DNA from: Nemertoderma westbladi
Lineage: Eukaryota; Animalia; Xenacoelomorpha
Assembly (NCBI GenBank): GCA_032718475.1
Contig: JAUCBJ010008915.1
Coordinates: forward strand, 43,287-107,286
Direction of reading: 5' to 3'
Length of the DNA: 64,000 nucleotides
Positions 12,290-22,536 of the stretch are shown here, in pieces (position 1 is the stretch's first letter; the number at the start of each line of letters is the position of its first letter). The position numbers and the translations under genes are program-made. The notes beneath the pieces were generated by a model that saw only the letters and a list, made by a program, of their open reading frames with translations, ran no database searches and was not told the origin of the DNA.

Positions 12290-15200
12290 CTGACAGCAAG
12301 TCCCTAAACGATGCGCTAGATAGGAGCCTACCATATCGTTCAATATTACGACTAGGCAAACCCCGAGAGGATGGATCTCCACGCCCAACCCTTGTGACGT
12401 TCTCTTCACCAGAAGAGGCTACAAATGTTCTTGAGCTAAGATCGTTCATGTACCGAAATATGACTCTTTATTTCGACCGTGACCTTTCGGCTTTTGAACG
12501 TGAAATGGCTTTCAAAGCCCGCCAAAGACGACGTGAGTCAGGATCGAGGCATAACAGAAACTCCACCCTTAACAGAGCCGTTACAACTGAGAAAGTCAGT
12601 AATATGGTGACGGATCATGATGAGGCTACAGCGATGGATTGACTAGTGGTCCCACATTTTGAGCCCATCTATTACCCAACTGAACTGTCTGAGCCCACCT
12701 GTACGTATACACTGCCAAACCCCATCGACCCTGATGGAAATGAACTGTATAACATGCCATTGGCCCCCTCCAACCCAGACAGCAATCGGACAGAACTCAT
12801 TGACCGGGACATCAATCCATTGGTCCATGCCAACCTCGACAGTTATCTGCCAATCCCCCCCGCCACTCCAATTGTTTTGTCTGACCCTCAAATCAATGGC
12901 ACTGTGATACGCACTGAGTGGATGTCGCTTCCATTTATTATAAACAACAATGTAAATGGGTATGAAGGAAAGCATAAAATACTGCGGGAATGGGTGGAAA
13001 TATATGATAATGTTGCTGTAGTTACGATTCAAGAGTCAAAACTAAAAGCTGATGTCTCTGATGGGAGCATTACAATTGATGATTTTTATCTTTTTCGGCT
13101 TGATAGAGACATTGCTAACTTCAAGGAAAATGGGGGTGGAGGTCTAATCACTTATGTAAGCAAAATGTGGTGTAATACAAAACCTAGCATAATTGCTGCT
13201 GTCTCCAAGCCTGATTGTGAAGCCTTAGCTCTGGTCTGTCGTCCAAGATACCTTCCATCGAAATACAACTCCATTGTTATTGTCAATATCGAATATCTAC
13301 ATACGACCAAATGCAAAAAGACCAATAGCAAGAAAGGAGCTACGTAAAGTGATGAACACCATCATGGTATCCAAACCAAAAGGATACTTGATTATTATCG
13401 GTGATGTAAACCAACCAAAAGTGAATTACTTAGACTCTCTTAATCTAGTGAATATGGTCAATGAGTTTACATTTATTCGTTCAGAATCACAATTAGATGT
13501 GGCCTATGTCACTGATGCCTACCCATATCATTGCTCCACATCAGCTCCTATTGGTAGAGTGGATGATCATAAGTCTATCTTTCTTCAACCAAAAATTGAC
13601 TGCAGCAATGCATATAAACCTAAACCTAGCTACAAAAAGGCTCGTGTTTTCAGCGAGGAAAAAATTGCTGAAGTAAAACAAATTTTTGATGAAACAAATT
13701 GGAATGTTTTCCAAGACACCACTAGTCTAGATAAAAGTGTGGAAGCTACAGAGAGCTATATAAAGTATATCTTTGATCAACACTTACCTCTAACTAAGAT
13801 GAAAGTACATAACTTTCACATACGTCAACCTATTCCTGGTGTTAAAGGTATTCTAGCTGAGAAAAAGAAAGCTATTAGCATGTAAGGATAATGTTAAGAG
13901 AAATGAGTGCCAGAGAAAAATCAACAAACTGATCTTTGATAAACGGCAAATGGAATTCACCAATATGCCAAAAACTCAACTGTACAAACTATCTGATACC
14001 TGTATAAGGAAAAAACACCAAGTTCATAAATTTGATGAAAATGAAGTCGAGAGTCTTAATAATTTCTTCACTAGATTTAACGAGGATGTGAATAAGGATG
14101 AGCCTATATATAATGGTACCACCTATGATAATGATATTCATGTTGATCCGATTGTGGTTGAGAAATTAATACGTAAATTGAAACCGAATACAGCCCAAGG
14201 TAGTAGCATTGTTTCTGCAATTTGCTATAAAACCTTTGCAAAAGAACTTTCTATACCTTATGCTTCACTATTCAGAGATAGTTTCCATCAACAAAAATAC
14301 CCGCAATGTTGGAATACGTCTTTGACATCTGCCTTACCTAAAAGATGTGATTCATCATTTTCGGATAAAACCAGCTTCAGACCAGTATGTGTTACTCCTT
14401 TGAGTTCTAGGTGTTTAGACAGATTGGCTCTAGATATATTTCGTAATGCAAGTAAATCCACTGACGATATTTTTCAATTTGCATACAAAAAAGGTTATTC
14501 TACAGCTGATGCGATCTTATACCTCCTTCATCAGATTACAAAAGCGTTAGATGAAAGACACACAATTGTAAAATGTTTATTCATAGACTACTCATCTGCT
14601 TTTAACACAGTGTTACAAAACAAGTTTTTAAACAGACTTTTAGACGAATTACCAATAGAGATGCGTTGGTTGGCCAGCTGGCTTCACTCATACATGAGTG
14701 GTTTCTCTCAATCGGTTAAATCTGGAAAAAACATATCTTCCTCTATTTCACTGAAAGTTGGTTTTCCCCAAGGGGGTCCTCTTAGTGGACCTTTGTTTAC
14801 CAAAGACACTGATGAAATTCGAGCTGACGATGGATGGATGGTGACCGGAGCGCCAGTACTATCTTTCATTATTATGAAGTAATAAGGGCGGTGGGTGGGG
14901 TAGGTGGTGAACACTATTTATAGGGTGGAGGGAGGGTCTAGTATATTACTTTAGGATATTTGATTTCTTTGCAATATAGTTTAGCTGCCTCAGTCTTATT
15001 TGTAATATGTTATACATTATACCAAATTATATCAAGTTTTAACATACTACATTGTCTACCTGTAGGTGAAATATACAATGTAGGGCTCATAATATATTTA
15101 TAAATAGATTTAGTATATTTACATTGTATAACAGAGTTAATTGATACTATTACGGTATTATACTAAAGACGCCGCTTTGATATATCTGATCAAATGTGCA

Positions 15201-16970
15201 ATTTCTTGTATATTATCTATTTCATTATCTTGGGTATATCATTCAATTTCTAAAACTATAATAATAAACATTTACTTTACTTCTTGTTTACTCGCATGGA
15301 TATATTGATATAAAACACTTCAGTATAATATCTTATAGGGCCAAACGCAGATTAATGGGAATAATATGTTTAATTATTATTACAATTGGCACATTGAAGT
15401 AAGTAGTACATGAGTTTGATAAAATAATTATGAATCCGTATCTTATTCTACTTTGTCTATATGGTTATGTTATATAATAATGTTACTTTATCACTTTGGT
15501 TTAAACCGATCTCCTTTACTATTACTTACTACTTATACTACTACTACTACTACTATTACTACCACTGCTACTGACTACTACAGAGTTATATATTATAAGA
15601 GGATGGGGTTCGTGATTATTAGTTATTATACAAGTGCCCCTCGGCTATAGAGAGTCCACCCTCGGTTGCTTACTGGGTGTTTAGACAGATTGGCTCTAGA
15701 TATATTTCGTAATGCAAGTAAATCCACTGATGATATTTTTCAATTTGCATACAAAAAAGGTTATTCTACAGCTGATGCGATCTTATACCTCCTTCATCAG
15801 ATTACAAAAGCGTTAGATGAAAGACACACAATTGTAAAATGTTTATTCATAGACTACTCATCTGCTTTTAACACAGTGTTACAAAACAAGTTTTTAAACA
15901 GACTTTTAGACGAATTACCAATAGAGATGCGTTGGTTGGCCAGCTGGCTTCACTCATACATGAGTGGTTTCTCTCAATCGGTTAAATCTGGAAAAAACAT
16001 ATCTTCCTCTATTTCACTGAAAGTTGGTTTTCCCCAAGGGGGTCCTCTTAGTGGACCTTTGTTTACCAAAGACACTGATGAAATTCGAGCTGACGATGGA
16101 TCCCTAGCAAAATATTCTGATGACTCAAGAAATCTACAGGCGATAAGGCATTCCGCAGAAAATGACAAATATAAGTCTAACATACAGCGAATTGTTGGGC
16201 TATCACATGGAAAAAACTTAAAGATAAACGCAAAGAAATCTGAAGAACTATGTTTCATTCCAATGAACTTTAAAGAACAGAAAGTTCTAGATATCGCAGA
16301 AGAAATAATCTACATAGATGGTGACGTGGTTCCGCGTCCGTCCGAAGTGAAACATCTTGGAATATGGATTGCAAATAATCTATCATGGAAAACTCATATA
16401 TTTAAACTTATAAAAAGGGTAAATTACATAGTTCGCCAATTCAGTTTTTTCATCCGGTTTGCAAATAAAGATACAAAAATATTTCTCTTTGAAACTTACA
16501 TTGTACCACAATATATGTACTGTGCGGTTGCGTGGGTCCCCCTCATTCCAAAGAATCTCAAAAAGAAGTTAAAGAGGCCACTGTCGCTGTTTGCCAAACA
16601 CTCAAAAATTGAAAAACAAGTTTACATGAACATTATAAATGATGCGTTTTCCAAACAGTTCACCAACATGGTAAAGAAGATTGTGGACACGCCGAGTCAT
16701 CCTCTACACGCTTTCATTACGGGTTGCCAATCAAACTCCACCGTGACTCGCAATAATTACAGAATGCCTGATACACGGACCAAGATGTTTCATAACTCTT
16801 TCGCTCCAAGTGCTATTAGATATCTAATAAACAATGAGATACCGATTTTCATGCAATGATATTTTATTTATTTTTATGTAATCTGTGTTTGTGATTAACG
16901 GTAATTTTCCTATTTACATTCCTCCATATGTACAGGAAATAAAACGAATTATTCATTCATTCATTCATTC
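12290..16970 (+). mobile_element. 5'-truncated LINE retrotransposon (Rex1/Babar-like), disrupted
   Basis: ORF1 tail (RLGKP...RPTLVTF...DRDLS..ER); AP endonuclease (IQESKL, GGGL, CRPRYLP, IIGDVN, LDVAY, DDH); RT (FQFAYK, FIDYSSAFNT, GFPQGGPLSG, KYSDD, KHLGIWI); 3' (ATTC)n tail at 16951-16970. Frameshifts lie near 13290 and 13880. The 5' boundary is approximate. Confidence 0.9.
14410..16101 (+). repeat. 426-bp direct duplication (14410-14835 and 15676-16101) flanking an 840-bp insert
   Basis: Both copies run GGTGTTTAGACAGATTGG...GCTGACGATGGAT and encode the same RT peptide. One substitution was noticed (GAC/GAT). Confidence 0.92.
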
Positions 16971-17107
16971 TACCTAAAACCCCGTCGCCGGTCCCAAAGC
17001 TAGTCTAAAAACTTCGACTTCAAATGAAAACTTTCGACGGTACGGCGGAAACTATTTTTTAAAATATTTGAAAGGACAATTAATTAATATCCCGGTTAAT
17101 AAATACA

Positions 17108-17121
17108 GTTTCCATAGTAAC
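17108..17121. promoter_or_regulatory. RFX X-box candidate upstream of PP1
   Basis: GTTTCCATAGTAAC fits the GTHNYYATRRNAAC consensus and lies ~175 bp upstream of the PP1 ATG. Confidence 0.5.
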
Positions 17122-17294
17122 AGAATAGATTAATGAATAGTTTTTATCGACAGATATAATTTATCTTGTATTCTGTAAAGTAACATCAACACAACAGTAG
17201 CATTTATAAACGAAAAATAGGGAATATAAACTAAAATATACGTGACTAATTATAATATATTTAACTTCCTGATTCTTAATTACATATTATTATT

Positions 17295-19511
17295 ATGTCA
17301 GAATCACCGGGACCCTTTGATGTGGACAATATTATCGCCTCGTTGTTGGAAATTCGCGGACACAAATCTATTTCCTTCGCGAGTCTAAGTGAATTCGAGG
17401 TACAAAGTATGTGCATCAAATCCCGAGATATTTTCCTCAAAGAATCCGCGTTATTGCACGTCGAGGCGCCGATAAAGATATTAGGCGACATTCACGGCCA
17501 ATATACCGACCTACTGCGGTACTTCGATAACGGGGGACACCCACCAGCCTCCAAGTACCTGTTACTTGGTGATTACGTTGACAGGGGTAAACAAAGTATA
17601 GAAACTATCTGTCTCTTATTGGCTTATAAGATTAAATACCCTAGACATATTTTCATGTTGAGAGGGAACCATGAGGCTGCAGCTATAAATAGAATGTACG
17701 GTTTCCACGATGAATGTAAAAGAAGATACCATATAAGGATTTGGAGATCGTTCATCGATTGTTTCAACTGTCTGCCGATTGCTGCTGTTGTGTCAAACAA
17801 GATATTTTGTTGTCACGGCGGGATTAGTCCAGAACTCCGTAAGTTGGAGCAGATATCGAGGATCGCTAGACCTACAGACGTGCCTGACTACGGGTTGCTA
17901 TGCGATCTGTTGTGGTCCGACCCCTGCGAGGAGCTGAGCGGCTGGGGTGAGAACGAACGCGGGGTTTCATTCACGTTCGGCGCCGACGCGGTCACCAACT
18001 TCCTCGAGAGACACGACATCGAGCTCATCTGCCGGGCCCACCAGGTCATGGAGGATGGATACGAGTTCTTCGCGGATAAGCAACTCGTTACGATATTCTC
18101 GGCACCGAACTACTGCGGGGAGTTCGACAACGCGGGAGCAATGATGAGAGTTAGCGAGGACCTCACCTGCAGGCATGTGTCTTTATTTTGGCATCAGGCG
18201 AAAATAGGCGAAATAAAACCCACAACCTGTGATACCTGGATACCACTCAAAAATTAAACAACCAATTTAGTTAATATTATAGATGGCCAAATAATAGAAA
18301 AAATAGTATGGTGTAGCTAAAATAGCTAGCTACAGTAGACCTACTGTACTACTGGTAGATTACTTGAGTAGGTTACGTACTGTGCAGTATGCTGACACCG
18401 GCTTATGTTGCGTTCTTTAAAGTAGCCTATGAATTAAACTAACCTTAACAGGAAAATATATGTATGAAACAATATTATAGGTAATTACAGCCTAATTGCC
18501 TACAGTATACAACCGGAAGGTAATAACTATTTACATACTTACTATTTACTTACTGGAGGTAATACTTTACAGTGTGATGATCCGAGTGGCTTTTGTTACA
18601 CGAACGAATATTAGTGAGTGAGTGAAAATAAAGCCACGAGGATCAGAACACTCTAAAGTTCTTTGCAACATGAATGTATGTAGTTTTATTCCAAAATTTT
18701 AACATTACGAAATTATTCTACATATACATTATAAGTGATAGAAACTGCACAAATTATATTAGTTGCTGTATAAATATTTGTAAAAATGACATAAATTATG
18801 TTATAAATAAGTTAGCTTATATTTATGGTGGCGTGTGGAGCCATGGTATAATAATATAGCTAGGCCCAACTGGTTATTAATAGCTATTCCCCGCCTACCG
18901 GTAGGTAGGCAGTAGGCCTATCTGGCTGTCAGGCAAATTTCCACCTATTGTTTACGTGGTAACCAATGACGGCGTTAAGTAATGTCCACTAAGGGGACAT
19001 TACTTAACGGATAACACCAAATACAATACTAAATGTACAGGCCAATACAATACTGTAATGTCCTCAAAAGTTGTAAAGTGATAAATAACAACTCGCTGTC
19101 AATACTATCGGCGTTGAGTAATGTTACAATTTTGGAATAAAATACATAATAGGTGGTCCTTTTTATATTTTTAACCATGGCAACTTTTACACAGGGAAAC
19201 AAGTATTTTTTAGACAATAATGTAAAAATGGCTTTAAGGATATAGAACTCCACATTTCCGCCTGTAAACGTCTGATGTCACGATAAATAAATAATCCTTG
19301 CAGTTTCTACATATTGAAACCCAAAGCCGGGACTAGCCAACACAGCTTCTCTAGCCACAACAGTTTCCCTCACCATAACCCCCTGCTGAACATGGGAAAC
19401 TCGCTGAGCGACCCCAACTCATTCCAACATACTGGTGGGAAATTCCAAGGCGCCATTCATCACAATTTGAATAGCTTAAACAACAGAGTGGGTTCTCCGC
19501 CTCCAATGTAA
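17295..19511 (+). CDS. PPP1C: Ser/Thr protein phosphatase 1 catalytic subunit; exons 17295-18172 and 19304-19511 (GC-AG intron), ~361 aa
   Basis: PPP motifs GDIHG, GDYVDRG, RGNHE, HGG, RGVS, RAHQ and [11 protein letters not shown] are present. Splicing AG|GCATGT...TTGCAG|T restores [10 protein letters not shown], matching the PP1 consensus LMCSFQILKP. Confidence 0.9.
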
Positions 19512-19741
19512 CTCATTTAAATAAACCAAACCAAATGTAAATGCTACTGAAAATAAACTAAATTAAAATCTATAATTTATTTATGAATTTCAAAGAAACT
19601 GCCACAAGTTGGATAGAACATCGACACACGACACACAATCACAGATAATAATGTAGATGTAATGTGAATGTATCTGAGTTGATCAAAGAAATTTCCGCAT
19701 ATCGAAATTTTATTGATCAAAAAGTAAAATATACTAAAGTA

Positions 19742-20135
19742 AAGGCCTGTTTACACGTGGCAACTTTTAGAGCAACTTTCTCGGCAACTACAGTATAGCA
19801 ACTTTTAGTGGAGCAACTTAATTTAATGGTTGTCTACACGTGGCAACTTTACCAGCAACTTTACAAGCAACTTGACCGGCAACTTTTAGAGCAACTTGGC
19901 TCGTTTGACTGTAAAATAGTGGGTCATTTTATATAGTAGTTAGTTTTTGATAATTTAATTTGATTATCCCGCTTTAATTCGCCAACGCAAATTTCTTCAA
20001 GTTGCCGTAAAAGTTGAGCAACTTTTACAGCAACTTTTTTACGTGTTTACACGGAGCAACTTGATCGGCAACCTGGGTTGCTCTACAAGTTGCCGAGAAA
20101 GTTGCTCTAAAAGTTGCCACGTGTAAACAGGCCTT
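19742..20135. mobile_element. MITE with ~45-bp TIRs and repeated GCAACTT motifs
   Basis: AAGGCCTGTTTACACGTGGCAACTTTTAGAGCAACTTTCTCGGCAAC has its exact reverse complement at the other end. Flanks are TA (or TAA/TTA), so the superfamily is ambiguous. Confidence 0.88.
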
Positions 20136-20139
20136 TAGG

Positions 20140-20353
20140 CTTTTTTCGACCGACAGGCCAGGGATTACATTACGCACAAAGGGATTACATTACGCTTATT
20201 TATTTTCAGTGCAGTCCCCCCAGAACTATTATATCACCAGAGGGAATTCCAGAGATCCCCTCACCGTAAACGAAAACTGCACTGGCCCATGCGGGGATCG
20301 AACCCACGACCTCCGCACTCCGGTGAGATGCGGACCCATTGCAGCCACCACAC
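20140..20353 (-). mobile_element. tRNA-derived SINE-like element
   Basis: The minus strand has an A box TGGCTGCAATGG and a B box GGTTCGATCCC in a tRNA-like head, followed by a non-tRNA body. Confidence 0.6.
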
Positions 20354-20509
20354 CAAAGTGGAACTTAATTTTTGGATCTATTGATGTATTGTATTATCGA
20401 ATTAATAAAGAAACTAGTCGGCAAGAAATACAGTAACTGTCAGTGTCAGATACTAATAACGGTTCTCATGGGCCGCATTTACAATTAATTTATTTACTAT
20501 ACACATCTA

Positions 20510-21392
20510 CACCATGACCTGGAATATAGTGTCCTAATTCTTTGACACCCCCCCTCCGAAATTTTTCTACAAATCGTAATAAGATTGCGTGAAATTTGAA
20601 TCAGAAATAGTTTCACCTCCCGACCACTGACTGGTTGAGCCAGATTTTGTTTTGCTTTCAATCTTTAGCTACAAGCGTTTAAAAAAAGTGTCTCCAGCGA
20701 TATTACACCAGTTACACCGCAGTTATTCTTCAACCTTATAGTTATTGTTGGTACTAGTGGAAAGCTGACTGTACAAGGATTCCAGATATGTATACATATT
20801 TGAATTTCGTTGACAAATAGCTGAGATATGGCCGATATGGGCGTTCGAAAGTTGCAAGTATATGCTTCCACTGCAGGCCATTTATTCTATTTAATAAATA
20901 CACCATGTTCTAGAACATTTTGTTTAAGTATCAATATCCTTTTTCTAGTATTATTATTAGAGGTATTACATTGTTTCCCAGCTGCCTATGAGACAAACAA
21001 ACTGTTCTAGAACATGGTGTATTTATTAAATAGAATAAATGACCTGCATGCCACATTGGAAACAAATACATGCAACTTTCGAACGCCCATCTCTCAGCTA
21101 TTGTTCAACGAAATTCAAATATGTATACATATCTGGAATCCTTGTACGATCAGCTTTCTATCAGTACCAACAAATCACTATAAGGTTGAAGAATAACTGC
21201 GGTGTAACTGGTGTAATATCGTAGCTAAAGATTGAAAGCGAATAAAAATTCTGGTTCTACTAAGGAGGAGGTAGGTGAAACTATCTCTGCTTCAAATTTC
21301 ATGTAATCTCATTAAGATGTGTAGAAAAAAATTGGGGGGGGGGGGGGGGGGGGGACACACTGAATTACGACACTATATTCCAGGTCATGGTG
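20510..21392. mobile_element. Near-palindromic (foldback) MITE, TA TSD, Tc1/mariner-like
   Basis: TA|CACCATGACCTGGAATATAGTGTC...GACACTATATTCCAGGTCATGGTG|TA, with arms inverted over ~400 bp. A partial copy lies at ~2640. Confidence 0.88.
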
Positions 21393-21548
21393 TATACTAT
21401 ACAGCAGCCAAACCACCAAACATGATATAGGCCTAGTAGATTTCATCTAAAGTCCATAAATTATACTGATCAATACCACTGCACTGCTTACTGCTAGCAG
21501 TAGATATTGTAATATCCCGCCAATTCCTGGCGATGGCTATCATGTTCC

Positions 21549-21561
21549 GTTTCCAAGCAAC
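21549..21561. promoter_or_regulatory. Short-form RFX X-box candidate upstream of profilin/CCDC178
   Basis: GTTTCCAAGCAAC resembles the 13-bp RFX site and lies ~470 bp upstream of the profilin ATG. Confidence 0.3.
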
Positions 21562-22030
21562 TGTGTCAACATAATAACACATGCAATACTGTGCATGTTG
21601 ACAATATAAATATCCTTGATACGCAGTATCTTATCACATTTTTTTATTCTGATTTGATTTTAGCATTATTTTCGCATATCGCTAAACTAAACTCTCACTT
21701 TCCTTACACTACTCATCACTTTATATTTAATACGTTTCATGTAGAAATGAATTGCGATATTATATCTTTTCGTATTATCGTATATGATACTTACTTGACC
21801 ATAATTATATTAAGTTTTTAAATAACGACCAACAATTACAGTACTAAAAAATTAGATTGTAATAAAATTCACTCTAAATAATTATATTTCGCCTCTGTAA
21901 AATGTCTATAAATCATTGACTTGTTACAAATTGATTAATAGCTTAATGCTGTAGGTTTCATTAATCTTAAATTAGTTTGTATATCTCAAATACTTTTGCT
22001 AATGAGTCTGAGTCATAACGGCAGTCTGCA

Positions 22031-22420
22031 ATGCAACTGCAAAACTTGGCTCAAGAAGCTCTCATTGCCAGCGGCCACGTCGAACATTGGGCGATTGTAG
22101 AGCAGGAATCGACGAACGTAGTCGGACACTCGGCTCACTTCGATCTGTCCGAGGATCAGATCACCTACGTCATCGACGCGTTCCGGAATCCGGTAGACAT
22201 TCGGACGGAAGGACTCCGGTTCGGGGGCCGTCAGTTCGTCGTAATCCGTTCCGATTCCAACTCAATCTACGCGAAGAACACCGAGTTTAACCAGGGGGTC
22301 ATCATCGTACGTACGGACGAGTTAATCATCCTTAGTACCTACTGCGATGGAATGTACCCCAGTGTCTGCATAGAAGCGTCCGAGAAACTTGGAGACTACT
22401 TCAAATCTAAAGGCCATTAA
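22031..22420 (+). CDS. Profilin (profilin-4-like), intronless
   Basis: 129 aa with the profilin pattern LIASGHVEHWAIV...GLRFGGRQFVVIRSDSNSIYAK...GVIIVRT...YPSVCIEASEKLGDYFKSKG. Confidence 0.88.
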   Translation: MQLQNLAQEALIASGHVEHWAIVEQESTNVVGHSAHFDLSEDQITYVIDAFRNPVDIRTEGLRFGGRQFVVIRSDSNSIYAKNTEFNQGVIIVRTDELIILSTYCDGMYPSVCIEASEKLGDYFKSKGH

Positions 22421-22536
22421 TTAACTAATTATTGAAACTTTTGGTTTTATTTTATTTTTCATAGTAATTTTGTCATACTTCAATTATCGCCTACGATAAA
22501 TTGATTTAATTTTTACTTTCATTATCTAATTTAGCC

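Noticed and set aside
20280-20353. Possible functional tRNA genes (also 25464-25523 and ~38800)
   Set aside because: A/B boxes are present but there is no convincing cloverleaf; better explained as SINE heads.
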